DNA of 64,000 nucleotides from Candidatus Multivoradales bacterium (GTDB lineage Bacteria > Acidobacteriota > Thermoanaerobaculia > Multivoradales > JAHEKO01), in contig CBDCVR010000015.1 of the NCBI GenBank assembly GCA_965223155.1, positions 640,001 through 704,000 on the forward strand, read 5' to 3'. The notes below the pieces were generated by a model, which saw nothing but the letters and a program-made list of their open reading frames with translations, ran no database searches and was not told the origin of the DNA. Shown one piece after another: positions 13,639 through 26,072 of the stretch; the first letter of the stretch is position 1; each line of letters begins with the position of its first letter. A program made the position numbers and the translations under genes.

Positions 13639-14613
13639 CTAGACACGGCACAGGTAGTCGACCGTGGGCGGCAGCCCCCGATCCAACCCGCGCGGCGACC
13701 AATCGAGCTCGGATCGCGCCTTGGCGTCATCGAAGTTCCAGTGCCGGCGCAGACTCTCGAGCTGTTCGAGATCGAGCGGCGAGCGAAAGCCGCGCCACCG
13801 GTAGTACGGCCTCATCACCCGGACGAGCCAGCGCCCGGCGCCGGGCGACAGACGCCAGCGGGGCGACCGGACTCCGGCCAGGCGGGCCGCCTCGAGGACG
13901 ACCGCTCCGATCGAGCGCGCCTCTCCGGTCATCAGGAAGTGCTGACCCGGCCCGGCCCGCTTTACCGTCCGCATCAGCCCCTCGACCAGGTCGTCCAGGT
14001 GAAGCCATCGTCCGACGCGGTCGCCCCCGACGAGCGCCGGCAGGCGCTCCTTGATGACCTGCCGCAGCATGGCGTTGAGCCCGCCCTTGCGGCCGGGCGG
14101 CCCGTAGATGAAGCCCGGATAGACCAGGTTGACCTTGAGACCGTTCTCGGCCCAACGCAGGAAGGCTTCCGAGCCGGCGTGCTTGGTGGCGCTGTAGGCG
14201 CTCGGAAAGGGCAGGTAGAGCGGCGCGCTTTCGTCAACGGCCGAGCCGGCGTCCGGACTCCCGCCGAAGGCGGCGATCGACGACAGCGCCAGCACCCGTC
14301 CGACGCCCAGCTTGTAGGCCAGCGAAGCCACGTTCTCGCTGCCCTGGACGTTGGCTCCCTGGATTCGATCCCGCCCGGCGGCGAAATCCAGCTCGGCAGC
14401 GGCGTGAATCACCCAATCCGCTCCCGACATCGCGGCCCGCATCGAGTACCGATCGGTGACGTCTCCGACGAGACAAGTTACCCCCAGCGCTTCGAGCTCG
14501 GCCGTCCGGCTGGTGGGCCGCACCAGCACCCGCACCTCGTGACCATCCCCGGCCAGCCGGGTGCACAGACGCGACCCGATATAGCCCGTTCCGCCAGTAA
14601 CAAAGACGCGCAT
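13639..14613 (-). CDS. NAD-dependent epimerase/dehydratase (extended SDR)
   Basis: MRVFVTGGTGYIG, IHAAA and YSATK motifs. Confidence 0.9.
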   Translation of the reverse strand: MRVFVTGGTGYIGSRLCTRLAGDGHEVRVLVRPTSRTAELEALGVTCLVGDVTDRYSMRAAMSGADWVIHAAAELDFAAGRDRIQGANVQGSENVASLAYKLGVGRVLALSSIAAFGGSPDAGSAVDESAPLYLPFPSAYSATKHAGSEAFLRWAENGLKVNLVYPGFIYGPPGRKGGLNAMLRQVIKERLPALVGGDRVGRWLHLDDLVEGLMRTVKRAGPGQHFLMTGEARSIGAVVLEAARLAGVRSPRWRLSPGAGRWLVRVMRPYYRWRGFRSPLDLEQLESLRRHWNFDDAKARSELDWSPRGLDRGLPPTVDYLCRV

Positions 14614-14783
14614 GGACGAGGAGCGAGCATACCGCTCCTCGTCCATACCGAGTCCATGCCGGCCGCGCCCAGGCCGGCCCGTTCTCGCACCGAGACACGC
14701 GAGGCGTCCGTCGATCCTCGAGGATTCCAGCGCAGCCTTGAAGTGATTCGACAAAACCATCGGGCGCTTCTTTTCGTTAGTAC

Positions 14784-14910
14784 AGGAGGAGAGAGCCTCG
14801 GGAGTGGACTCTTTTCTCGGCCCCGGCTCTCCATGAGCCGGAACCGGAACCTAGGCCGCTCCTCCTCCTCCGACCCGCGCCGACTCCCTCCTCGGCGCGG
14901 GTTTTTTTCT
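14784..14910 (+). ncRNA. Candidate structured small RNA
   Basis: Intergenic between two minus-strand genes, preceded by AAC-N17-CGT and ending in a plus-strand intrinsic terminator. Confidence 0.4.
14873..14910 (+). terminator. Rho-independent terminator
   Basis: ACCCGCGCCGA-ctccctcc-TCGGCGCGGGT followed by TTTTTTCT. Confidence 0.85.
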
Positions 14911-14932
14911 TGAGACCTGGGCGGACCTCGAT

Positions 14933-16228
14933 CTAGGATCCTGCCCCGGAATCGTCGGCGCGCCGCAGCCGGTAGAGCACCAGGCCGGTGGCGAGCGCTA
15001 CCGCCGCCGCCACCAGATGCTTGCGTTCGGCACTCGCGGCCAGCCCCACCGTCAGCGCCGTCGCCGCCAGCGGAATCAAGGGTCCGGCCGGGAGCCGAAA
15101 CCTCGACACGCCGGCGAGTCGCCGGCGCAGGACCGGCACGGACAGGGCCGTGCCCGCATAGGACACCAGCCGGGTCACCACTGAAACCGCGGCCAGCCCT
15201 TCGAAGCTCCCTGCTACCGCCAGGGGAAGAGCCAGGGCGGTCTGGACCAGGATCGCCGCCGCCGGCGTCCGGTACCGGGGGTGGACCCGCGCCAGAAACC
15301 GCGGACCGTAGCCGTCGCGAGCCAGAGCGTAGAGGTAGCGCGGGCCGGCCAGAACCGTATTGCCGTTGGTGCCCAGAATCGAGACCACAGCCCCCACGGT
15401 CAACATCGTCGCCCCCCATCCTCCGAGAACGCGCTCCGCCGACTCGGCCAGGGGCGCCTCGGTGGCGCCCAGCCCAGGCACGGTGGCCAGCGCCACCCAC
15501 TGCACCGCCGCATAGAGCGCGGTCACGATTGCGATCTGGGCGACGAGGGCGAAGGGGACGTCCCGTCTCGGGCTCTTGAACTCACCGGCCGCCGCCGCCG
15601 TGTTCTCGAAGCCGGCGTAGGCGAAGAGCAGGAGCAGAGCCGCCTCACCCAGCCCCCCTGGCTTGGTGATCTCCTGAGCGAAGGCCATCTCCGAGCTCCC
15701 GGCCAGGAACCCGGCCGCGAGCAGCACCACGAGCGGCGCAATCTTGGCTACGACCAACACGGTGGCCGCGCGCGCCCCGCTCTTGACCCCGACGACGTTG
15801 ATCCACGTCAGAACCAGAACCGGAACGACGATCGCCGCCACCCGCCCCCAGCCGGATGCCGCCGCCGGCCAGAGATAGGACAGCGCCAAGGCGAAGCCGC
15901 CCGCCAGAGACGCCAAGGACGCCACCCGGGCAAGCCATGTCATCCAGCCGACGGCAAAGCCGGGGAGCTCCCCGAAGGCCGTGCGCGTGTAGAGATAGGC
16001 GCTCCCCGGCTCCTCGAAGTAACTCGACGCCTCGGCGAAACACAGCACCACGAGGCACACCGCCGCGCCCGCCAGCGCCACCGCCCAGAGGCTGGCAAAA
16101 CCCAGGAGCGCCGCCGCGACGGCCGGCAGCAGGTAGACGCCGCTGCCAACGACGTCGTTGAGCGACAAGGCGAGAACCTCCCAGCGGGACACCGCCCGCC
16201 GCAGCCGTCGCTTTCCCGTGTCGATCAT
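14933..16228 (-). CDS. APC family amino acid permease
   Basis: NDVVGSGVYLLP, FAYAGFE and about 12 TM segments. Confidence 0.92.
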   Translation of the reverse strand: MIDTGKRRLRRAVSRWEVLALSLNDVVGSGVYLLPAVAAALLGFASLWAVALAGAAVCLVVLCFAEASSYFEEPGSAYLYTRTAFGELPGFAVGWMTWLARVASLASLAGGFALALSYLWPAAASGWGRVAAIVVPVLVLTWINVVGVKSGARAATVLVVAKIAPLVVLLAAGFLAGSSEMAFAQEITKPGGLGEAALLLLFAYAGFENTAAAAGEFKSPRRDVPFALVAQIAIVTALYAAVQWVALATVPGLGATEAPLAESAERVLGGWGATMLTVGAVVSILGTNGNTVLAGPRYLYALARDGYGPRFLARVHPRYRTPAAAILVQTALALPLAVAGSFEGLAAVSVVTRLVSYAGTALSVPVLRRRLAGVSRFRLPAGPLIPLAATALTVGLAASAERKHLVAAAVALATGLVLYRLRRADDSGAGS

Positions 16229-16262
16229 GTCCCCGCCAAGCTACAGTGTCGCGTTCCCGGGT

Positions 16263-17060
16263 TCAATCACCGTCGGCTGCCGTTGGCGCCGGCCTACGCG
16301 CCTCCCGGTCGGCAAGTGCGACAAATTCCTCCGGCCGCGAAAAGTCGGCCACAACCGCCGCGCCCCGGCGGAGCAATTTCTCACGGCGCTTCCCCGAGCC
16401 CACGCCCACAAAGCCGATCCCTAGCCGCCGGGCAGTCTCGAGGTCCCAGAGGCCGTCACCGACCGCCACCACCGCCTCGAAGGCCGGCAACGAAACGGCG
16501 CCGGAATCTGGCCCCGAGGCCTTGCGCCACGCCCGTTCCATCGCGGTCCGGACAATGCCGGTCCGGCAGGGATCGTCGCTCGCCGTCGCCACGGCCACCC
16601 CGGCCGGCAGCCTCAAGGCGGCCAGCTTGAGCTCGGCCAGCGACCGCCAGGCACCGGTCGCGATCGCCACGACCCAGGACTGGCTTCCGATCAGGCGCTC
16701 GAGCAGCGCCTCGGCACCGGCGATGGGCGCAAGGTCCTCCGGCCGCTCGGCAACGACTCGGCGCATCAGGAGGTGGAAGCGCCGCTCCAGCCGCTCGAGC
16801 TCGCCGGTCGTCACCTCGCGGCCCAGCGCCTCTCGCACGATCGTCCGAGCCAATCCCGGGTCGGTCACCTCGTCGAAGACCGACCAGTCGAACGAGGGTC
16901 CGGTCCCGTCCTGCGTCGATTCCTGCTCCGAACTCGCGGCCGGGATCCGGATCCCGAACTCGTCCCGGAACGCCTGGACGAAGCAGGCATCGTCGGCACC
17001 GGTCGAGTCCAGAAGCGTGCCATCGACGTCGAAGACGGCAAGCTTCACGGCAGGCGTCAT
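16263..17060 (-). CDS. HAD-superfamily hydrolase
   Basis: FDVDGTL, ATG (motif II) and VGDGLWD. Confidence 0.88.
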   Translation of the reverse strand: MTPAVKLAVFDVDGTLLDSTGADDACFVQAFRDEFGIRIPAASSEQESTQDGTGPSFDWSVFDEVTDPGLARTIVREALGREVTTGELERLERRFHLLMRRVVAERPEDLAPIAGAEALLERLIGSQSWVVAIATGAWRSLAELKLAALRLPAGVAVATASDDPCRTGIVRTAMERAWRKASGPDSGAVSLPAFEAVVAVGDGLWDLETARRLGIGFVGVGSGKRREKLLRRGAAVVADFSRPEEFVALADREARRPAPTAADGD

Positions 17061-17076
17061 CCGGCCCGGCTAGCGG

Positions 17077-19878
<2,802 letters not shown>

Positions 19879-19978
19879 CGCGTCGTTCTCCGTGCCTTGG
19901 GGCGCTCGGTTCCGGGTCGATGAAGATACCAGACGCACGGACGCACCAAGGCCGGCGCAGGCCGCCGATGGGCCCCAA

Positions 19979-20088
19979 CCGGATCAAGCCCGGATCAAGT
20001 CCGGATCGAGTCCGGATCAGGTCCCGACCGAGTCCGGACCGGGTCCGGATCGCGTCAGGATCGGGTCAGGAGCCGATCCGGCCTGGGT
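19979..20088. repeat. Degenerate 11-bp tandem repeat, 10 units (consensus CCGGATCRRGT)
   Basis: ccggatcaagc, ccggatcaagt, ccggatcgagt, ccggatcaggt, cccgaccgagt, ccggaccgggt, ccggatcgcgt, caggatcgggt, caggagccgat, ccggcctgggt. Confidence 0.85.
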
Positions 20089-21017
20089 TAGAGCTCGCGG
20101 ACGGCGACTCCGCCACCGCTGGTGTGGAGACGCAGCAGGGGCCCGCCGCCGTTGACAGTGCCCCGGATCGAATGCCTCGAGATCTTTCCCTGGACGGTGA
20201 TCGGCAGGTCCACGGTGACGCCGCCGCCGGACGACGAGGCCTCGATGTCGAGCGCCGCGGTGGGATCGACGTACGCGGTCACCCGGCCGCCCGAAGACGA
20301 CAGGGAGCCGCCGGCGCCGTTGCCGGCGTCGAAATAGGCCGTCACCGAACCGCCCGAGGTCCGGGCGTCGATCCGGCCGCCGGCCCCACGAATCTCGATC
20401 GAGCCGCCCGATGTCTCGGCCCGGACGTCGCCGGCGACCCGTTCCACGCTGATCCGGCCGCCCGACGTGTCGAGACGGGCGTCGGCGCCCAGGTCCCGGA
20501 CCGAGATCGAGCCGCCGCTGGTGGTTGCCAGGACGCCACCGGTCACAGAGCGGAGCTCGATGCGGCCACCCGAGGTGTCGACCTTGGCAATGCCATCCAC
20601 GTCGCGCGCTTCGATCCGGCCGCCGGACGAATGGAGATCCACGTCGGTCCGGCGCGGAATCTCGACGTCGAAGTGCAGGTCGCCAAGCGAGCGCCCAAAC
20701 CACGAGGCTTTGCGCCGCTTGATCCGGACCTCGACCCGGTCCTCGAGCTCCTCGAACCTGAAGTCGAACCAACGCTCGATGTCGTCGCGCTCGGAGGTCA
20801 CGACGATCCGCACGTCCGGGCGGTCGACGCCGCGCACGGTGATGCGGCCGGCATCCACATTGAGCTGGAACTCGCCTCCGGGGGCGAGCGCCAGGGTCTT
20901 CTCCAGGCGAAAGTCGGCTTGCGCCGGAAGCACGGTGGCCGCGATGACGACGGCGGCCAGGAACGCGGTCAACAGGGTACGCCGGCGGTGGAAACTGCGA
21001 ACACGATCTCTGGTCAT
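20088..21017 (-). CDS. Secreted DUF4097-like beta-strand repeat protein
   Basis: Signal peptide (AQA), repeated TSGGxI motifs and an AAGGAG RBS. Confidence 0.88.
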   Translation of the reverse strand: MTRDRVRSFHRRRTLLTAFLAAVVIAATVLPAQADFRLEKTLALAPGGEFQLNVDAGRITVRGVDRPDVRIVVTSERDDIERWFDFRFEELEDRVEVRIKRRKASWFGRSLGDLHFDVEIPRRTDVDLHSSGGRIEARDVDGIAKVDTSGGRIELRSVTGGVLATTSGGSISVRDLGADARLDTSGGRISVERVAGDVRAETSGGSIEIRGAGGRIDARTSGGSVTAYFDAGNGAGGSLSSSGGRVTAYVDPTAALDIEASSSGGGVTVDLPITVQGKISRHSIRGTVNGGGPLLRLHTSGGGVAVREL

Positions 21018-21147
21018 ACTGAACTCCTTCTCTCTCGGCGGCCCGGCTGCGAGTGCCGTCCGCCGCGGACGCCGTATCTCTCTATTGGGTAGTACGCGCT
21101 TCACCCGCGTTGGTTCCACTCCCGTCGCAATCGATCTTCACTCGAGA

Positions 21148-23925
21148 TCAGTCCATCTCAGTGGGCTCAGCGGGGTCAGCGGGGTCAGCGGGGCCAGTGA
21201 TCCCATTGGCCCCATCGATCCCATTCGGCCCATCGGGCACCGAGGGCTCGAAGCGAAACCACACGACCGCGCGCGCGGTGCGCCCCGAAGACTCCTCGTG
21301 GTCCGGCCGCTCCAGGTCGCGCGCCGGATGGAACTTGGAGCCCATTCCCGGCAACCTGGCCGCCAGCGTCAGCTGATCCGGGGGCGGCACCTCGGCGCGA
21401 GCGCTGCGCGCGTCGTCCGGAAAGCCGGGCGACGACACCCCGACCGCCAAGCCGCCGGACTCGGAAAGGACGGTGAGAACACCGCCTGCCAACTCGAGGC
21501 GGAGCCAGGAGACGTCGTCGTAGAAACCCGCCGCTGCCGGCAGGGCCCTGCGCCACACGCCGACCCAGCCGCCTTCGCGCCGGTTCCGCCACACCGGCCA
21601 CGGCCCGCGCCCCAGCCATTCGACGGCCACCGGCTCGCCGGCAGCGAGCTCTGGCAGGGACAGTCCGGCCGCGGCGAAATCAGCAACCCCGGGTCCGACG
21701 GCGTAGGCGAGCTCCAACTCGAGTCGGTGCCAGCCTGCCGCTCGCGGCCGCCAGCGAGCCTCGGCCGCGGTGGCCGAGCCCAGAGCTTCGACCGGACCCG
21801 AGAATGGCAACTCGGCCGGGACGGCGCCGGTTACCACGTTCGCGGTCGAAGGCGCCGCGTCCCCGCTTCTCGCCGAACCGAGCCAGCGCGCCGCCAGCTC
21901 GCTCGGCGACCGGAGCGAGAAGACCCAGGTCTCGATCTCGCGCCCGCCGGGGGCGATCGCCGTAACACCAAGGGCATCGGCCCCGGGAATCTCCGTCACC
22001 GCCGGCGGTGGCCGGACCTCGACGGTCGCGCCCGGCGCAGTCGGGGGACCCGGCACCGTGGCGACGGCTAGAGGCTCCTTGGGTGGCTGCCCGGGACCGG
22101 GGAGCGCCAGGGCCTGCCAGCGGAACGCGACCCGATCCAGATCGGTGGTGTCGAAACGGTTCTCGACCCGGTAGCCACCGGCGCCGGACGGACGGATCTC
22201 GACCGGCGACCAGACCCGGCGCACGGTAGCGTAACTGGCCTCGGGCTTGCGGTAGGGATCGAGGATGCCGTCGGGAGCGTAGTTGCCGAAGGTATCGACC
22301 GCGCCCTCCCGGTCGGTCCGCTCGACGCCCTCGTCCAGAAACGCCCACAGAAACGCGCCCACCCCTCGCGCCGAGCCGGCGATGGCTTGCCAGAAGTCCC
22401 GCAAGCCCGCACCCAACCCACCGTCGTAGAGCCCGTGCAGCATCTCGGTCGGCAGCACCAGGGGTCGCGAGCGAGCAGGACCGAACCGAGCCCGACCGAG
22501 GAAACGACCTAGCCCGGCGCCGGGAGCGTCATCGAGCCAGGCCACCAGCTCCCGGTAGCTCGGATAGTGGGGCGCGGCGATGCCCGAGAAGGTCGCGTCC
22601 GGATGCAGGACTGGCCGCCCCTGGGGATCGTGCCGCGCGAACTCCCGGTCCAGCAAGCTGTTCCAGCCGCCCTCGTTGCCGTTTGCCCACAGGATCACCG
22701 AGGGATGGTTGACGTCGCGCCGCACCATCTCGGCGATCAGGCCGGCGCCTCGCGCCGGCCGGTAGGCGTCATGCCAACCCGGCAGCTCATCGATCACATA
22801 GAGGCCCGCCCGGTCACAAGCCTCGAGAAAGGACGTGTCCGGCGGATAGTGGGACGTGCGCACGGCGTTCGCGTTCATGCCGCGAATCGCCGCGACGTCG
22901 GCCCGATCGATCCGGGGACTCAGGGCCCGGCCCGAGGCCGGATGGAAGGCGTGCCGGTTGACGCCCTTGAGGAGAACCCTGCGGCCGTTGACATAGAGCC
23001 CCGGCCGGTCGGACTCGAGCCGTACCTCGACCGTGCGAAAGCCGAAGCGCTCGGCGACCCGATGGACAGGCTGACCGTCACAGAAGAGACGAAGCGCAAG
23101 CGTATAGAGCACCGGATCCTCGGCGCTCCACGGTCGGATCCCGGCCACCACTCCCGAAAGCTCGCCGGCCCGTCGCCCGCCGGGGCCCGGGCCCAGGCTC
23201 TGAAGCCCGTTCCCTTCCGAGCCGGCGGCGTCTTCCAAGACCTCAGCCTCCACCCGGCACCCGGCCCTCTCGCCACCCAGCTCGCCACCCAGCTCGTAGG
23301 CCACCCGGATTTGGCCGTCATGACGCGCATCGATCGCCACGTGCTCGATCGCCCGTGCCGGCCGGGCCTCCAGGTACACCGGCCGGTAGATGCCGCCGAA
23401 GACCCAGTAGTCCGCCTGGCGCTCGGCGCGTTCGACCGAACCGTCCGCCGAGGCCTCCGACACCTCGACCCGCAACCGATTCGAGCCGCCGTAGACCAGG
23501 TGATCGGCCACCGGATAGGAAAACCGGGTGAAGCCCCCGCGATGCACCGGGTCGAGCTCGACATCGTTCAGGGCCGCCCGGGTATCGGTCATCACCCCTT
23601 CGAACACCAACCGGATCCGTCGTTCCCGCCAGGAAGCCGGAACCTCGAACTCCACCTCGTAGCGCCCGATCTCGGCCCGCACCGCGTCGTCCTGGCCGTA
23701 CGCGTACTCACCGAAGCCGGCAAGCTCCCATTGCGACGGCACCGGAATGGTGGTGCGCTCTCCGGCCCGCCGGCCACGATCGATCCAGAACTTCCAAGGT
23801 ACGGGTTTGTCGCTGTTCGCGCCTGAAAGGAAGAGTCGTTCGGTGTCGATCGGTGCCTCGGCCGCCTCCGCCGCCGTCGAGACGAGGCATAATAGTAACC
23901 AAATGATTACCCAAATGCCCTTCAT
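21148..23925 (-). CDS. Glycoside hydrolase family 2 (beta-galactosidase-like), secreted
   Basis: GGIYRPV, KGVNRH, NAVRTSHYP, WANGNE (acid/base), PTEMLH (nucleophile) and a signal peptide. Confidence 0.9.
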   Translation of the reverse strand: MKGIWVIIWLLLCLVSTAAEAAEAPIDTERLFLSGANSDKPVPWKFWIDRGRRAGERTTIPVPSQWELAGFGEYAYGQDDAVRAEIGRYEVEFEVPASWRERRIRLVFEGVMTDTRAALNDVELDPVHRGGFTRFSYPVADHLVYGGSNRLRVEVSEASADGSVERAERQADYWVFGGIYRPVYLEARPARAIEHVAIDARHDGQIRVAYELGGELGGERAGCRVEAEVLEDAAGSEGNGLQSLGPGPGGRRAGELSGVVAGIRPWSAEDPVLYTLALRLFCDGQPVHRVAERFGFRTVEVRLESDRPGLYVNGRRVLLKGVNRHAFHPASGRALSPRIDRADVAAIRGMNANAVRTSHYPPDTSFLEACDRAGLYVIDELPGWHDAYRPARGAGLIAEMVRRDVNHPSVILWANGNEGGWNSLLDREFARHDPQGRPVLHPDATFSGIAAPHYPSYRELVAWLDDAPGAGLGRFLGRARFGPARSRPLVLPTEMLHGLYDGGLGAGLRDFWQAIAGSARGVGAFLWAFLDEGVERTDREGAVDTFGNYAPDGILDPYRKPEASYATVRRVWSPVEIRPSGAGGYRVENRFDTTDLDRVAFRWQALALPGPGQPPKEPLAVATVPGPPTAPGATVEVRPPPAVTEIPGADALGVTAIAPGGREIETWVFSLRSPSELAARWLGSARSGDAAPSTANVVTGAVPAELPFSGPVEALGSATAAEARWRPRAAGWHRLELELAYAVGPGVADFAAAGLSLPELAAGEPVAVEWLGRGPWPVWRNRREGGWVGVWRRALPAAAGFYDDVSWLRLELAGGVLTVLSESGGLAVGVSSPGFPDDARSARAEVPPPDQLTLAARLPGMGSKFHPARDLERPDHEESSGRTARAVVWFRFEPSVPDGPNGIDGANGITGPADPADPAEPTEMD

Positions 23926-23927
23926 CC

Positions 23928-25019
23928 TCACTCTCGACCCCCTCCGGAGTCAAAGAGCGGTAGCTGGTCACCCACCGGCCGGCGAAAGCTGGCGGCAGAC
24001 AGCTCGGGTCGTTCCTCCGGGAAGCCCGCCCGTCGGGCCGCGGTCCGAAAGAGCTGGCGCAGCTGCTCCGCCACCGGTCCCTGGCCGCGCCCCCGCCGCC
24101 CGAAGCGGCTCTCGTTGAGAGCACCCCCGCGCACATCCCGAATGCGAGAGAGAACGTGTTCCCGGCGCTCAGGAGCATGCTCCTCGAGCCACTCCGGAAA
24201 GAGCCGTGCGATCACCCCCGGCATGCGCAGCAGAATCCAGGAGGCGTGGCTTGCTCCGGAGTCGCGGGCCGCCTCTAGGATCGAAGGAATCTCGTGGTCC
24301 GTGAGAGCCGGAATCACGGGCGCAATGAGCACCCCCGCCGGAATCCCGGCTTGGGCCAGTTGCGAGATCGCCTTCAGGCGCTTGGCCGGGGCGCTTGCCC
24401 GCGGTTCGAGCCGGCGGGCGAGCTCGGAGTCCAGAGTCGGAATCGAAACCAGGACGGCGGCGGCCCGGTGCCGGGCAAGCTCCGCTAACGGCTCGACGTC
24501 CCGGGTCACGAGAAAGTTCTTGGTGACCACCGCGACCGGATTCCGGAAGCCCGCCAGAACCTCGAGGCAACCGCGGGTCAACTCGAGCTTCCGCTCGATC
24601 GGCTGGTACGGGTCGGTAACGCCCGAAAGACCCAGCGGCTGCGGCTTCCAAACGGGACGCGCCAGCTCCTCGGCCAGGAGCTCGGGAGCTCGATGCTTGA
24701 CCAGAATCCGGGTCTCGAAATCGAGGCCCGCCGACATCCCCAGATACTCGTGAGTCGGCCGCGCGTAGCAGTACGCACAGCCGTGCTCGCAGCCGCGATA
24801 GGGATTGACCGAAGCGTTGAATCCGACGTCGGGACTCTGGTTGCGGGCGATGACGCCTCTTGCGTCGTCGCGGAAGAAGCGCGTCGGGACGGTTGACGGC
24901 TGCCGCGCCTCGGACTCGGATTCATATTCGACGTCAAGACGCTCGAAGCGCGGCTTGGGGTTGCCGAGGCCCCCCCGACCTCGCACCTCGCTGCGTACCC
25001 GCCGTGGCCGGAATGCCAT
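23928..25019 (-). CDS. Radical SAM protein, PA0069/spore-photoproduct-lyase-like family
   Basis: NPYRGCEHGCAYCYARPTHEY and TDPYQPIE. Confidence 0.92.
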   Translation of the reverse strand: MAFRPRRVRSEVRGRGGLGNPKPRFERLDVEYESESEARQPSTVPTRFFRDDARGVIARNQSPDVGFNASVNPYRGCEHGCAYCYARPTHEYLGMSAGLDFETRILVKHRAPELLAEELARPVWKPQPLGLSGVTDPYQPIERKLELTRGCLEVLAGFRNPVAVVTKNFLVTRDVEPLAELARHRAAAVLVSIPTLDSELARRLEPRASAPAKRLKAISQLAQAGIPAGVLIAPVIPALTDHEIPSILEAARDSGASHASWILLRMPGVIARLFPEWLEEHAPERREHVLSRIRDVRGGALNESRFGRRGRGQGPVAEQLRQLFRTAARRAGFPEERPELSAASFRRPVGDQLPLFDSGGGRE

Positions 25020-25289
25020 CGGCCAACTCTACTCGACCGCCCCAACCACGGCGCCCATCCGAAGGGAGCCAACTGAAGCCAACTGAGGCCAAATATGGCC
25101 CAATGAGGCCGCATCGGGGAAGGCCGGAGCAAACTGGGACTCCCACGAGATGCGAAGCCGCCTGGCAGAATGCAACGGACCGGACTAATCTCCGTATCTA
25201 TGGACAACGAGGTACCGCTTGCTTCCGCCGGTCCGCGGTGCCCGACCCGACGCTTCGACATCAACCAATCCACCTCCGAGGCGGCCGCC

Positions 25290-26003
25290 ATGAACTCCAT
25301 CCGACCCCGTTCCGTTGACTCGCCCCGGCCCGCCCTTCCGGTCCCATCTGAGACGGCCGTTCGGCCGGCCCGCTCGGAGCGGCTCCGCGCCGGCATTGCC
25401 GGCGCCGCCTTTCTCATCCTGTCCGGAGCCTGCCAGCTCCTGGGCGCCGATCCCGCCGAGGTGGAGCGCATCGAGGCGCTTCTACAACTCGAGGAGGGCT
25501 CGCTCGTCGCCGATGTCGGCGCCGGCGACGGGGACTGGGCCGTGGCACTGGCCGAAGGCGTCGGGACCTCGGGCAGGGTCTGGGCCACCGAGGTCAAGGA
25601 AGACCTGGTCGAAGACATCGAGCGCCTCGCCGAGTCCCGCGGCCTCGACAACCTGACCGCGGTCCTGGGCGACCAAGAGACGATCGGCCTGCCGGAGGCC
25701 TGCTGCGAAGCCATCTTGATCCGCATGGTCTACCACCACTTCCAAGAACCCGACCTGATGCGCCGCGAGCTGTGGCGGGCGCTCAAGCCCGGGGGCCTGG
25801 TGGCGGTCCTCGACATCGTGCCGCAGACCCACTGGCGTCAGTTGCCCGACGTTCCCGACCGCGGCGGTCACGGCATTCCGACCGAGGCCCTGGAGCGGGA
25901 GATGGTGGCCTCGGGCTTCGAGGTCGTCAGCCGCCACCCGCGCTGGAACGACGACGAGGAACGCTTCGCAGTGCTCTTCCGGCGCCCACCTTCCGGGCCT
26001 TGA
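25290..26003 (+). CDS. Class I SAM-dependent methyltransferase with N-terminal hydrophobic/lipobox segment
   Basis: VADVGAGDG, VYHH and LKPGG, with LSGAC after a hydrophobic stretch; start uncertain. Confidence 0.85.
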   Translation: MNSIRPRSVDSPRPALPVPSETAVRPARSERLRAGIAGAAFLILSGACQLLGADPAEVERIEALLQLEEGSLVADVGAGDGDWAVALAEGVGTSGRVWATEVKEDLVEDIERLAESRGLDNLTAVLGDQETIGLPEACCEAILIRMVYHHFQEPDLMRRELWRALKPGGLVAVLDIVPQTHWRQLPDVPDRGGHGIPTEALEREMVASGFEVVSRHPRWNDDEERFAVLFRRPPSGP

Positions 26004-26072
26004 GCCAGCAGAGCCGGGTGGTCGTCAGCGTTGTACCCACGTTTCTCGGCGAGCGGGGCGGGCACGTTCCGG

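Noticed and set aside
14784-14910. SRP RNA, 6S RNA or tRNA identity for the sRNA candidate
   Set aside because: It lacks the SRP domain IV motif and a tRNA T-loop, and is short for 6S
21148-21240. 9-bp repeats at the end of the GH2 gene
   Set aside because: They encode a low-complexity tail (GPADPADPAEP) like other termini in this genome; no sign of separate function
23928-25019. This radical SAM enzyme as the missing maturase for the RiPP candidate
   Set aside because: It is PA0069/SPL-like with no SPASM domain, lies about 27 kb away and has host-like GC
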